Assembly: GCA_965203805.1 (NCBI GenBank)
Contig: OZ241917.1
Span: 1,696,001-1,760,000 of the forward strand
DNA from: Candidatus Latescibacterota bacterium
Lineage (GTDB): Bacteria; Latescibacterota; UBA2968; GCA-2709665
DNA length: 64,000 nucleotides
Direction: 5' to 3'
Shown in pieces: positions 1 to 10,200 of this stretch (positions are counted from its first letter, which is position 1; every line of letters starts with the position of its first letter). The position numbers and the translations under genes were made by a program. Under the pieces are notes generated by a model, which worked only from the letters and a program-made list of their open reading frames with translations, was not told the DNA's origin and searched no databases.

Positions 1-216
1 CGCATCCCGCAACGGATCGCGTTCCAATACCCTTACCGTGCCGTCGGTGGGTTCGAGAAGTGTGGCAAGAATGCGGAAAAGCGTCGTTTTACCTCCGCCG
101 TTCGGGCCGAGCATGCCATAGACTTCCCCCTTCTCAATTCGAAGATCGATCCCGTCCAGCGCAATCCGATCGCCGTAACGATGTCGCAATCCGGCAACGG
201 CTATGGCAGGCGACAC
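1..216 (-). CDS. ABC transporter ATP-binding protein (5' part only, runs off the window start)
   Basis: Not in the ORF track. Manual translation from GTG at 216 (SD AAGGAG upstream) gives MSPAIAVAGLRHRYGDRIALDGIDLRIEKGEVYGMLGPNGGGKTTLFRILATLLEPTDG, with Walker A GPNGGGKT. Confidence 0.9.
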   Translation of the reverse strand, partial: MSPAIAVAGLRHRYGDRIALDGIDLRIEKGEVYGMLGPNGGGKTTLFRILATLLEPTDGTVRVLERDPLRDA

Positions 217-248
217 TGAGACTCCTTACCGAAAATCTTCATGATCCT

Positions 249-281
249 AAAAGAGAAAGGTGATAGGCTACCCCTATCACC
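249..281 (-). terminator. Probable intrinsic terminator after ctaB
   Basis: 9-bp stem GGTGATAGG/CCTATCACC (259-267/273-281), followed on the minus strand by TTTCTCTTTT. Confidence 0.6.
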
Positions 282-313
282 CGAAACGACGTGGTTTGCG
301 GCGCCCCATCCCA

Positions 314-1216
314 TTACAGGAACGTATCGAACAGCAGGGCGATCCAGAGCAGAGGCAGATAAACAAGCGTCGTGCGCAGCAGCCGTCTCGCGTTCCGCTC
401 CGACCGGGTACCGGCGAACGTGGTTACGGAATACAGGAGGCAGAGTCCCGCGGCCGCAGCCGCGGCGGCATAGACCGCACCACACAGACCCGCCAGCCAA
501 GGAAGCACGGAACAGGCCAGCAGGACCGCGCTGTAGATGGCGATCTGTCCGGCCGTTCGCCGGCCGGCCGGATCGTCCGTGGATATCATCTTGAATCCGC
601 CGCGCACGTAGTCCTCCCTGTAGATCCAGGCAATGGAGAAAAAGTGCGGAAACTGCCAGAAAAACACGATACCGAAGAGCATCCACGCGCCGCTGCCGAT
701 CTCTCCCTGCGCCGCGGCCCAGCCGCCCATGGGCGGCAACGCCCCCGCAACGGCGCCAACGGCGGTGTTGTGCGTGGACACCCGTTTCAGGGGCGTATAC
801 GCGAACAGATAGATTACCGAGGTCAACGCCGCGAGTAGACCGGCAAGCCAGTTAATCTGCAGCCCCATATAGAGGATGCCGGTTCCCGACAGCAGGAGCC
901 CGAACAAATAGGCTTCTTCGGGATAAAGGCGGCCGGCAGGCAGGGGCCTGCTCGCGGTACGTTCCATACGGGCATCCATCTTCCGTTCCAGGAACTGGTT
1001 CAGCACCGCCGACCCGCTCGCGATCAGGACCGTCGCCAGCAGTGTGTGCAGAAGCCGGGAAACCTCGAAGACACCGGCCGAACCCAGAACGAACCCAACC
1101 GTTGTGCTCAAGACGACAAAAACGGTGATTTTGGGCTTGGTGAGGGTCAGATAATCCAACAGGCGCGCCCGCGACAGTGCGGGACTCGCCGCCCCGGTTT
1201 CAACCCGCGGTTTCAT
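314..1216 (-). CDS. ctaB: Protoheme IX farnesyltransferase (heme O synthase)
   Basis: LTKPKI, NQFLERKMDARMERTASRPLP, YTPLKR and FFWQFPHF motifs; last gene of the oxidase cluster. Confidence 0.95.
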   Translation of the reverse strand: MKPRVETGAASPALSRARLLDYLTLTKPKITVFVVLSTTVGFVLGSAGVFEVSRLLHTLLATVLIASGSAVLNQFLERKMDARMERTASRPLPAGRLYPEEAYLFGLLLSGTGILYMGLQINWLAGLLAALTSVIYLFAYTPLKRVSTHNTAVGAVAGALPPMGGWAAAQGEIGSGAWMLFGIVFFWQFPHFFSIAWIYREDYVRGGFKMISTDDPAGRRTAGQIAIYSAVLLACSVLPWLAGLCGAVYAAAAAAAGLCLLYSVTTFAGTRSERNARRLLRTTLVYLPLLWIALLFDTFL

Positions 1217-1236
1217 CAGTCAAAGACCTCCAGCAC

Positions 1237-2229
1237 TCAGCGGTCAGCGTGTAATGATGCGATACCGGAACTGCGCGCGGCGTCCATCCGCAATACGCGA
1301 AGCGTCTGCACCAGGCTGGTTCCCAGCACCGCGGCGCCTACGACCACGTGCATCGTCGTGATCGCGACACCCTTGCCGGTCCAGATCACCAGGGCCCCCA
1401 ACGCGAGCTGAACAAGAAGCAGCGCAAGCAACGCCACGGAGGGCCTCGTCAGTTCGGGTCGGTTCCCGTGGGCGCGCAGGACACGGCACGCGGTCCAGAC
1501 CAGAACAACGGACACGACAACTGCCCACGCCCGATGGGCAAAGTGGATGGCCACTCGGGTCCGGAACGTGTCGATCGAGATGGGAAACGGGTCCGTTGCA
1601 TCGACAGTCAATTCCGAAAAGGGCGGAATCAAGCGGCCGAAGGAAAGCGGAAAATCGGGAATGGCCAGGCCGGATTCGGTATGCCGCATCAGCGCGCCGA
1701 GGACCAACTGAATGAAAACCACCGCCGTGCCGGCCGCTGCCAGCCATTTCAGCGGCACCCCGCCCGCCTCCGGCAATGGCTCCGCGGCCCCCTTCCAGCC
1801 AGCCGACGTAAATAGCGCGATGCCCACGGTCAGGCAGAAAAAGGCCTGCGCCAGGCAGGCGTGGCTTATGGAGATCCACGTGGGCAGGAGATAGAGCACC
1901 GTCAGGCCGCCCAGCAACCCCTGCAGGACAACCGCGGCCAGGGCCGCCACACCCAGGTTCCGCAACCAGCGCCGTTCTTCCCGGCGCCACAGCCAGATGG
2001 CGAGAACCGCGGTCAGCACCCCCACGAATGTCGCCACCATCCGGTGGCCGTGTTCGTAGAATATTCCGCCGACCATGGGCGGAAATACCATACCGTAGGA
2101 TAGCGGCCAGTCCGGAACCGCCAGTCCCGAACCCGTACTGCTGACCATCGCGCCGGCGAAAATTAAAAAAAGGGTCGCGCCGGCCGTGAACACGGAAAAA
2201 CGGTGCAACCAGCGATACCCCTGCGACAT
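1237..2229 (-). CDS. ctaA: Heme A synthase (COX15/CtaA family)
   Basis: GSGLAVPDWP, EHGHR, HACLAQ, HFAHR and TMHVVVG histidine motifs. Start moved to MSQGYRW (2229). Confidence 0.9.
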   Translation of the reverse strand: MSQGYRWLHRFSVFTAGATLFLIFAGAMVSSTGSGLAVPDWPLSYGMVFPPMVGGIFYEHGHRMVATFVGVLTAVLAIWLWRREERRWLRNLGVAALAAVVLQGLLGGLTVLYLLPTWISISHACLAQAFFCLTVGIALFTSAGWKGAAEPLPEAGGVPLKWLAAAGTAVVFIQLVLGALMRHTESGLAIPDFPLSFGRLIPPFSELTVDATDPFPISIDTFRTRVAIHFAHRAWAVVVSVVLVWTACRVLRAHGNRPELTRPSVALLALLLVQLALGALVIWTGKGVAITTMHVVVGAAVLGTSLVQTLRVLRMDAARSSGIASLHADR

Positions 2230-2258
2230 TGCGATATCCACTTCCGTCCGGCCTGTCC

Positions 2259-2531
2259 CTATTCCGCGTCGGCGGCAAGCCATTTGCCGTTCATACCGAG
2301 AATTCCCGGTTGTCGTTTTGAATGACGTCGCGCGCGGCGCATCCAGAAGATCGCCACACCCACAATTCCCACCAGCACGGACACGATAATACCCATGAGC
2401 ACCAGAACCCCGGCCGCCGCGCCCTTTGCCATATCCGATTCCGGATTCCCGTAACACACGGCGCAAGCCTGAAGGGTCTCGGGAATCATCAGGGCCCCGG
2501 TGACAGCCGCTGCAAACCAATCACGCCTCAC
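2259..2531 (-). CDS. Small membrane protein with a CxxC (CAVC) motif in the oxidase operon
   Basis: GTG at 2531 overlaps the upstream TGA (GTGA). Signal-like N-terminus, then ACAVCYG, one TM helix and a basic tail. Confidence 0.7.
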   Translation of the reverse strand: MRRDWFAAAVTGALMIPETLQACAVCYGNPESDMAKGAAAGVLVLMGIIVSVLVGIVGVAIFWMRRARRHSKRQPGILGMNGKWLAADAE

Positions 2532-2734
2532 AGATAACTCCATCCCTTGAGCTTCTTCAGAAACCAGAGGCCGTACCACACCAGGACGACGCACCCCGCG
2601 AATGAACCGACGCCAAGTACGAGATTCGTCCCGTTGCCGGTCGCGGCGTAATCCTGAACCGCCCAGATCCCAAAACCCAGACAGCAGAGTATTGACACAA
2701 TGACAAAGACCACGTGGAATGCCTTGAGAGACAT
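2528..2734 (-). CDS. Small two-TM membrane protein in the oxidase operon
   Basis: 68 aa MSLKAFHVVFV..., two hydrophobic helices, GGAG SD, tightly packed in the operon. Confidence 0.75.
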   Translation of the reverse strand: MSLKAFHVVFVIVSILCCLGFGIWAVQDYAATGNGTNLVLGVGSFAGCVVLVWYGLWFLKKLKGWSYL

Positions 2735-2747
2735 CGCGTTCTCCGCT

Positions 2748-3065
2748 TCAAGACTCGCTGGTCAACGCGCCCACGCCCGAGAATTCCGTAACGGACGGAA
2801 GCAGCATCAGGGCGGCAAAAAAGACGACCGTCAGCGCCAGTACCCAGAAGATAATCTGCTTTTCGGACACCAGATGCATGAAATACCCGGCAACCAGCCC
2901 GCCTTTGATACTCGCGATGAACAGCGCGATCAGGACCGTAGCCGCCACCGACTCGATCTTGAGATAGGAGACGCCAACCGTCACGACCGTGAGCACAGCC
3001 AACGCGGCAAACACCAGAATGTAGACCCGAACATGCTTCCTGATCTCTTCAGCGCTTTCAGCCAT
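2748..3065 (-). CDS. ctaF: Cytochrome c oxidase subunit IV family protein
   Basis: YILVFAALAVLTVVTV and IKGGLVAGYFMHL motifs, 3 TM helices. Start at MAESAEE. Confidence 0.85.
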   Translation of the reverse strand: MAESAEEIRKHVRVYILVFAALAVLTVVTVGVSYLKIESVAATVLIALFIASIKGGLVAGYFMHLVSEKQIIFWVLALTVVFFAALMLLPSVTEFSGVGALTSES

Positions 3066-3075
3066 GCCATGCTCC

Positions 3076-3675
3076 TTACAGCAGGTAAAGAATCGGGAAC
3101 AGGAAGATCCAAACCAGATCCACGAAGTGCCAGTAGAGACCGGCACACTCGATCCGGTTGGCAAACTGCTCGGGCGCCGTATGCCAGAGCTTGCTTCCCG
3201 GGAACAACAGGTAGAGATTCACGATAATGCCGCCCACCACGTGAAGCCCGTGCAGGCCGGTCATCGTAAAGTACGTGGCGTAGAACGTGTTGGTGGACGG
3301 AAAGATGCCAAGATGGAATTTGTGGGTGTATTCGAAATACTTGATGACCAGGAACACGAAGGCCAGCAGTACCGTCAGCCCCAGATAGAGTTTGAACCTG
3401 CCGAAGTTGTCCATTTTCAGGGATGCCCAGGACATCACCATGGTCACACTGGACGCGATGAGCACGAACGTATTCAGCGTGGCCAGCGGTACATTCAACA
3501 GCTCCGAACCCTGAGGCCAGCTGGGCGCGCCCACCCTGAGCAGGACCAGCGTTGAAAACAGCGCGCCGAACAGCATCACCTCGGACGCCAGGAACAACCA
3601 GATCCCGAATTTTCCGTTATACACCCCTGTAATCGGATGCGGCTCCACCGTGTGGGGAATTTCTTCAACGGACAC
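3076..3675 (-). CDS. ctaE: Cytochrome c oxidase subunit III
   Basis: WLFLASEVMLF, TGLHGLHV and YWHFVDLVWIFLF motifs. Confidence 0.95.
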   Translation of the reverse strand: MSVEEIPHTVEPHPITGVYNGKFGIWLFLASEVMLFGALFSTLVLLRVGAPSWPQGSELLNVPLATLNTFVLIASSVTMVMSWASLKMDNFGRFKLYLGLTVLLAFVFLVIKYFEYTHKFHLGIFPSTNTFYATYFTMTGLHGLHVVGGIIVNLYLLFPGSKLWHTAPEQFANRIECAGLYWHFVDLVWIFLFPILYLL

Positions 3676-3719
3676 CGTGTGTCTCCTTTACGTTTGTAGC
3701 GGACGGGCCGCCCGGTTCG

Positions 3720-5522
3720 CTAATCGTCGTCCGCGGGCGTGGGCGTCGGTTCGGGTTCGGGTTCGGGTTGAGCCACCTGGCCGTTTTCGGACGCGTGCTG
3801 CGGTATGAAGTCACTGGAAGCGCCCGGAACACTGTATTCGTACGGCCCCCGGTAGACCCTGGGCGTAACCGCGAAATTCCCGTGCGGCGGGGGCGTGGGC
3901 GTAGCCCACTCCAGGGTGGTGGCCTGCCAGGGATTGTCCGACTCGACCTTCTTCCCCTTCTTCATGCTCCAAAAGAAATTGACGATGAAGAATATCTGAG
4001 CCAGTCCCAGCAACCACGCGGACCAGGAACTCATCGCTGTCAGGCCCTGAACCTGCGCCCCGTAGGCGTACTGCGTCTGGTCGTAGAGCCGCCTCGAAAC
4101 CCCGGCCATTCCCACGAACAACATCGGCATGAACACGCCGTTCATAAAGATCAGGCTCGTCCAGAAATGCAGTTTGCCCAGCACATCGTTCATCATGCGG
4201 CCCGTTGCCTTGGGAAACCAGTAATAGATCCCGGCAAACAGCGCGAATATCGTACCCGGCGCCACCACATAGTGAAAATGACCGATCACGTAATAGGTAT
4301 CGTGCAGATGCAGGTCCGACGCCGTGAGGCCCAGCGGCAGCCCCGTCAACCCTCCGATGGCGAACATGGGAATGAACGCCAGGCAGAACAGCATAGGAAC
4401 TGAAAACCGGATGGACCCGCCGTGCAGGCTCAACGCGAACGCCGTCAGGATGATCACCGAAGGAATGGAGATGATCATGGTCGTGGCCTGGAAGAAGGTA
4501 CTAATGGTCGTTCCCATCCCCGTCATGAACATGTGGTGCGCCCAGACGATAAACGACATGAATCCGAGAAAGACAATCGAGTAGATCAGCGTGCGATACC
4601 CCCACAGCGGCCGGCGAGTGTTGTTTGCCACGATCTCGCCCACGATGCCCATAGCCGGAAGAATCAGCACATAGACTTCCGGATGCGCGAGAAACCAGAA
4701 CAGGTGCTGCCACAACAGCGGGCTGCCGCCGCCGCTCACGTCCAGCGCCTGTCCGGTGACGACGAGGCCGCTGGGCATGAAGAAGCTGGTCCCCGCGATC
4801 CGGTCCATGAGTTGCATCACTCCGGCGGCCTCGAGCGGCGGGAACGCCAGCAACAGCAGAAACGCCGTTACAAACTGCGCCCACACGAAGAACGGCAGCC
4901 GGAAAAAGTAAAGCCCCTCGGCCCTCATCTGTACCGTTGTGACGATGAAATTCACCGAGCCCAGCAGAGACGAGGTGATGAGGGCGACCATCCCCCACAG
5001 CCACCAGGTCTGCCCGGTGGGCGCGATAACGGCAAGCGGCGGATAGGATGTCCAGCCGGACTGTGCGGCGCCCTCGGGCACGAAAAAGCTGGCCAGCATA
5101 ATGACGCCGCCTACGAAGAACACCCAGTAACTCGCCATGTTGAGTTTCGGAAACGCCATATCCGGCGCGCCGATCTGGAGCGGCAGCACGTAGTTTCCGA
5201 AACCGCCGACGGCCAGCGGAACCACGCCCAGAAACACCATGATTGTCCCGTGCATGGCCCCGAGCTGGTTGTAGTATTCGGGAACCATGATGCCTTCCGG
5301 CATATTCACCGCGCTGAACAAGGTTCCTATCCAGGGCATCGGCTGTCCGGGATAAGCAAGCTGCCACCGCATCATCATCATCAGGCAGAAGCCGAATAGC
5401 AGGAAGAAAAGTGCGGATACGGCGTATTGGATCCCGATGACCTTGTGGTCCGTGGAAAACACGTACTTCTGCCAGAATGGCAACTCGTGATGTCCGTGAT
5501 CGCCGTGTGCATGCTCAGCCAT
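3720..5522 (-). CDS. ctaD: Heme-copper oxidase subunit I, A1-type
   Basis: STDHKVIG, MHGTIMVF, WFLAHPEVY, VWAHHMF and GHFHYV motifs. Pro/Glu/Thr-rich C-terminal tail. Confidence 0.97.
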   Translation of the reverse strand: MAEHAHGDHGHHELPFWQKYVFSTDHKVIGIQYAVSALFFLLFGFCLMMMMRWQLAYPGQPMPWIGTLFSAVNMPEGIMVPEYYNQLGAMHGTIMVFLGVVPLAVGGFGNYVLPLQIGAPDMAFPKLNMASYWVFFVGGVIMLASFFVPEGAAQSGWTSYPPLAVIAPTGQTWWLWGMVALITSSLLGSVNFIVTTVQMRAEGLYFFRLPFFVWAQFVTAFLLLLAFPPLEAAGVMQLMDRIAGTSFFMPSGLVVTGQALDVSGGGSPLLWQHLFWFLAHPEVYVLILPAMGIVGEIVANNTRRPLWGYRTLIYSIVFLGFMSFIVWAHHMFMTGMGTTISTFFQATTMIISIPSVIILTAFALSLHGGSIRFSVPMLFCLAFIPMFAIGGLTGLPLGLTASDLHLHDTYYVIGHFHYVVAPGTIFALFAGIYYWFPKATGRMMNDVLGKLHFWTSLIFMNGVFMPMLFVGMAGVSRRLYDQTQYAYGAQVQGLTAMSSWSAWLLGLAQIFFIVNFFWSMKKGKKVESDNPWQATTLEWATPTPPPHGNFAVTPRVYRGPYEYSVPGASSDFIPQHASENGQVAQPEPEPEPTPTPADDD

Positions 5523-5534
5523 AAACAAGGCTCC

Positions 5535-6305
5535 TTAAAAGGAAAATTCGTCCTCTTCGTCCGCCGCCCCGGACTGCTCATCGAACCAGACCCGGAAAGC
5601 CGCTTCCGACTCGACCGTCAATTGACCACGCATGCGATAGTGGCCCAACCCGCACAGCTGCGCGCAGGCGATGTCGAAGGTGCCGTTCTTCGTGGCCTCG
5701 AACCAGATCCTGATGTCCTGGCCGGGAATCGCGTCCTGCGTCAGCCGCAGTACCGGTATCTTGAAGCTGTGAATGACATCCTTCGAGGAGATGTGCGCAA
5801 TGACGGGCTTGTCTTTCACAATATGCAGATTGTTGATGGCATTGAAATCGTCTTTGCCGTCAGGGTCATCGGGGTCCAGCCCCAGCAGGTTGTCGGCGCT
5901 GACAAACTCAGGCGCCGTCCGTCCGAATTTCCCGTCTTTACCCGAGTAGTGGATGTTCCAGGCAAACTGCTCCGGTACCACCCGGACCACAAGCGCGTCG
6001 GACTCGTCGGGAAACGCGTGCTTGAAATCCGCCCAGAGCGGCATGGACAGCCCGACGAGCAGCACCGCCTCAACGACGATCACACCGTACTCCACGTACT
6101 TGGCGATCTTTCCCTTTATGGGATCGTAGGTCGCGTCCGGGTTCGCCCTTCTCCGATAGCGGACAAGACAATAGACGAAAAAGACGCCCCAGCCCAAAAA
6201 CAGCGCCACCATGAAGACATGCAGCCAATTGATCAGCCAATCCACGGTGGCGCCGTGGGTTGAGATGTCAATTGGCAGCCAGTAACCGTACACCTTTTCT
6301 TGCAT
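5535..6305 (-). CDS. ctaC: Cytochrome c oxidase subunit II (CuA)
   Basis: Two TM helices, QFAW, SKDVIHSF, DAIPG, CuA motif CAQLCGLGHYRM. No fused cytochrome c. Confidence 0.95.
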   Translation of the reverse strand: MQEKVYGYWLPIDISTHGATVDWLINWLHVFMVALFLGWGVFFVYCLVRYRRRANPDATYDPIKGKIAKYVEYGVIVVEAVLLVGLSMPLWADFKHAFPDESDALVVRVVPEQFAWNIHYSGKDGKFGRTAPEFVSADNLLGLDPDDPDGKDDFNAINNLHIVKDKPVIAHISSKDVIHSFKIPVLRLTQDAIPGQDIRIWFEATKNGTFDIACAQLCGLGHYRMRGQLTVESEAAFRVWFDEQSGAADEEDEFSF

Positions 6306-6369
6306 TCGGGACCCCTCCCGTATTGTCGCGGTGCGGACCCGCCCGCGACGCCAGTCCGTCGCAACACGT

Positions 6370-7110
6370 TTATTTCTTCGGCTTTATCTTGAAAAGAAAG
6401 TCCACGGCCCTGGACTCGCCGTCGGCAACCGTAATCTCCTCCGTCATCGTGCCCAGGCGCTTGCTTTCGTGCCACGCCTCGATCGTGTAGGTGCCCGCGG
6501 GCAGACCGGCGATCTCAAATTTCCCTCCCTCGCCGCTGACGGCGAAGAACGGGTGTTCCATCACGCCGATATAGGACTGCATCCAGGGATGTACGTCGCA
6601 TTTCACCGGGACCATCACCTCGGGATTTGCAAACGAAATTGTGATCTTCTTCATGAACTTCGGCATGGCCTTGTTGATTTCGCGTGAGTTCTGCGGCTTC
6701 GGGTGGATGTTGTGCAGCGTGCCGTCGCTGTTGAGTACCGTGATCGGTTGCCCCGCCCTGACGCCCATAACGTGCGGTTTATAGATACAGCCCTGCTGGT
6801 CCAGAACGGCGGGCTCGGTCGGCGTGTCGAATTTCCTGCCCTCCAGACCCTTTTTTACGTAGACGAATACGTTGTGCAGACTGCCGTCGTCCTCAACCAC
6901 CACGACCTCGCTCAATGCCGGACCGGCGGTGTGCTTTCCCGCGCAGACCGGATCGGCAGCCATCTGGATTTTCTTTCGGCCCGGTTTCTTGCCCCCCGGA
7001 AATTCCAGTTTGATGGTTCCGGAAACCGTTGCTCCCGCCATCGCATCGCCCGACGCAAAACAGCCGAAACTCACCGCGATGATCGCTGCGATTGACCCAC
7101 GTCGCTTCAT
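6370..7110 (-). CDS. Secreted cupredoxin-like / carboxypeptidase-regulatory-like domain protein
   Basis: Signal peptide; LDQQGCIYKPHV, LHNIH, CDVHPWM; C-terminal beta-sandwich (LPAGTYTIEAWHE). Confidence 0.75.
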   Translation of the reverse strand: MKRRGSIAAIIAVSFGCFASGDAMAGATVSGTIKLEFPGGKKPGRKKIQMAADPVCAGKHTAGPALSEVVVVEDDGSLHNVFVYVKKGLEGRKFDTPTEPAVLDQQGCIYKPHVMGVRAGQPITVLNSDGTLHNIHPKPQNSREINKAMPKFMKKITISFANPEVMVPVKCDVHPWMQSYIGVMEHPFFAVSGEGGKFEIAGLPAGTYTIEAWHESKRLGTMTEEITVADGESRAVDFLFKIKPKK

Positions 7111-7222
7111 TTGTATCCCCTCTCTTCCGTTAACGTCTGCGACCGGCCCGTTGGACCGGACTAACCTGCGCCGGTTGACATACCCTCATTGTTTTCAATC
7201 GCGAAGATATCCGAAGTTCCAA

Positions 7223-10200
7223 CTAACGTCTGGTCAGACGGGCATCCTGGTGCAGGCCGTAGATGATGTAGTCGGTGAGTGCCTGAATAACCACGTCTGA
7301 GGGCAACTCGAGAAATTCGTCCGAGGGTTTGACCCCCTCCGGCAGCTTCAGATAGGCGGCCATTTCCTCCGGCAGGTAGGTCATTTCGTCGCCGAAGAAC
7401 GTAGGCATCTTGGTGCCCGGCTGGATCTTCTGCGGATCCCACAGCCAGTCCCGGATCCATGCCGGTTTCAGCCGCTCCCGCGCCAGCTTCAGGTCGGGCG
7501 CCCAGCTTGCCGGGTCGCCCGTAGGCTTGATATCGCCCTGCTGGTGGCAGGTGAAGCAGTTGTAAATGTCGGCGCTGAACAACTTCCTCGCGCCCGTGAT
7601 GTCTCTTGAACTCAACCGCTTATGCACAAACGTCGCATACGGGAACTGCTCCTTGTCCAGGCGGGAAAAATAGGTGACCAGGTCGATTGCTTGCTGGTCT
7701 TCGAAGCCGAACGAGGGCATTCGCACTTCGAGCCACGGACGGATGGGTTCCACGTTTTTCAGGAATGAGAAGAACCAGTCCGGCTGGACTTTTCTGCCCT
7801 CGCCGTTCAGTTCCGGCGGCACGAAACCCACGGCGTCGGCGGCGGAGACGTCCTCGGCGCCGTAAGCCTTCACCATCGGATCCCGGATTGCTCCGCCCTG
7901 GTGCTCCACAACGTGGCACCCTTTGCAGTTCCTGTCGTACACCAGCCAGCGGCCCTTCTCGATATCCACTTCATCCGGTGCGAGGCGTTTGATCGCGTCC
8001 GATCCCGCCTGGCTCCGGTTCAGGCTAAGCAGCGCCGTCGTCAACGCGTGCGCATCCTCGTCGCTCAGGCCGTACTGCGGCATACGCAGCTTGTCGTCGA
8101 ACAGTTTCACCTTGCCCTTGTCGAAAACACGGGGTTGCTTGAGCTTTTTGTAGAACCAGTCGTGACGCGTATAGGGAATGGCGTCCGGATCGGTGTTGTA
8201 GGAGCCCGGCTTTTTGGCCAGCAGGCCAAAGTCCAGCTTGTCGACGTCCTTGCTGCCTTGCTCGGTCAGTTCCGTTCCGATGGGCTGGGCATCTTCGAAT
8301 CCCGGAATGAGGTGGCATCCGAAGCAGCCCTGCCGGGAAATGATCTTCTCGCCCAGCCAGATATCCCGCTCATGGCTCGACATCCCGGCCAGTTGCTCCT
8401 TCGCGGTCTTCACGGGCAGCCTGCTTCGAAGATAGTTCAGTACCAGATCGTCGCGCACCTGCGTGTCCACTGCCGCCAGTTGTCGGGCTTCAAACTCCGT
8501 ATTTCGAAGGGTAAGCAGATATGCGGTAATGTCGGCAGCTTCCCGGTCTGTCAGCCGTAGATTCGGCATACGGGTGTCCGGGAAATAGGCCGTGGGATCC
8601 TTCAGCCATGCGAACAGCCACCCTGAAGACAGCTTGCTGCCCACGTCGTTCAGATTCGGGCCGAAGTTCCGGAGGCCGTATTCCTGGCCCAGCCGGTCGT
8701 CCGCGCCCACCGCGTGGCAGGCCTTGCAGCCCACCATTTCCACGAGGCGCTCGCCGCGGCCGGCATCGCCCTGCACCGGAGGCGCGGGGTAGCGGGGCCG
8801 CTCGGACTTGTCGAAGATATACGTCACGATGGCATTGACAGCAGCCGTATTGCGCGCGATATCCTCCGGACCGCTCACGTTGGCCAGATCGAAAATCTTG
8901 GGCATTTTGGTGGATGGCCGGAACCCCTTGGGATCACGCACCCACTTGATTGTCCAATCGCGTTCCAGCTTGCCTGCTGCCTTTCGCAGGTCGGGTCCGA
9001 CCCTTCGCCCGTCCTGCAGCGTATGTTTTGCTATCTTGTGGCACCCGTGGCAACCCAGCGTGCGAACGAGATGGATGCCGCGATTCAGGTTGTCCGCCTG
9101 CGGCACGTCCACAACGCCCGCGTGGCACTGCGCGCACGTGGATTCGACATATCGGCTGGGCAGCATCGGGTGGTCCCAGTATTTCATTTTCTTCCAGCCG
9201 TACAGTCTCTTCCAGCGAGCCGCCTCGACGTCGTCGCCCGGGGTATGGGCCGTATTCTTGAATGTGACGCCCCGGTCGCGCCCGAGATGACATGTCGTGC
9301 ATCCTGACTCGTCGATCGGATGCGGCGAGCCGCTGCTCAGGAAAAGGTCCAGTCTCGGATGCGTGGCGAATGCCCTGGTGCGGCCAAGCCGTACATCCTC
9401 ATCCGCGTGGACCGTTTCCATATACGCCCTGAGCTTCTCATCCTTGAACCAGCCGGTTTCCGGATCGAGTTCGTACCCCGGACGGTCGATGTTCACGTGG
9501 CACGTGGTGCACCGGTCCACCCGGGGAACCCGGGTAAAATTGAGTTCGTTTCTCAGATCGGCCAGAACAACCTGTCGGACTTTTATAGACGGATCGATAA
9601 AATCGACCATCGGCAGGTTTCGGAACACATTGGGGAAACTGGGCACGAGCCCCGTCAATTTTCGCCTCAGGTTGTCTTCATCCTTGCGCAGCGAGCGCCG
9701 CCTGGACGCCAGTGCCTGTCGCTTCCCGGCCACTTCATCGATGATCTTCTGCTGCGCCGCCTGTTTCTCCTCTACCGCCTCTTTGGCCAGCCGGAACTCG
9801 AATATCCGGCCTTCCATGGCCTCCATTTCGGCCTTTTTCTTCGCCGCGGTTTTCTCGTTCCCGGCTTTGGCCGCGTCTTCATACTCAAACTTCACCACGT
9901 CGTATTGCGCTTTTTCAAACTTGAGCCTCTGATCGGCGCCGTACCAATCGGCCTGCGTCAACCGTTTCAACTCACCGGTCGCCGCGTCGTATTGTTCCTG
10001 GTGCGCCTGGATTGCGGCCTGGATCCCGGCAAGTTCGTCCTCGATTGCCTTCAGTGCGTCCTGATCGACGTTCTCCTGCGCCAGCTTGATTTCCGCTTCG
10101 GTCTTGTAGGCCTCCAGCGCCATTGCTTCCTTTTGAAAATCCTTCCATTCCCGGTCGTAGTCGTCCCAGACCATCCAGAGCACGGCGAGAACCAGAACCA

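Noticed and set aside
3735-3770. Short tandem repeat (GGTTCG)n
   Set aside because: It encodes the PEPEPEPTPTP tail of oxidase subunit I, in frame; not a CRISPR or phase-variation tract.
5630-5670. Gln instead of Glu in the CuA motif (CAQLC)
   Set aside because: Known variant, because this residue ligates through its backbone carbonyl.
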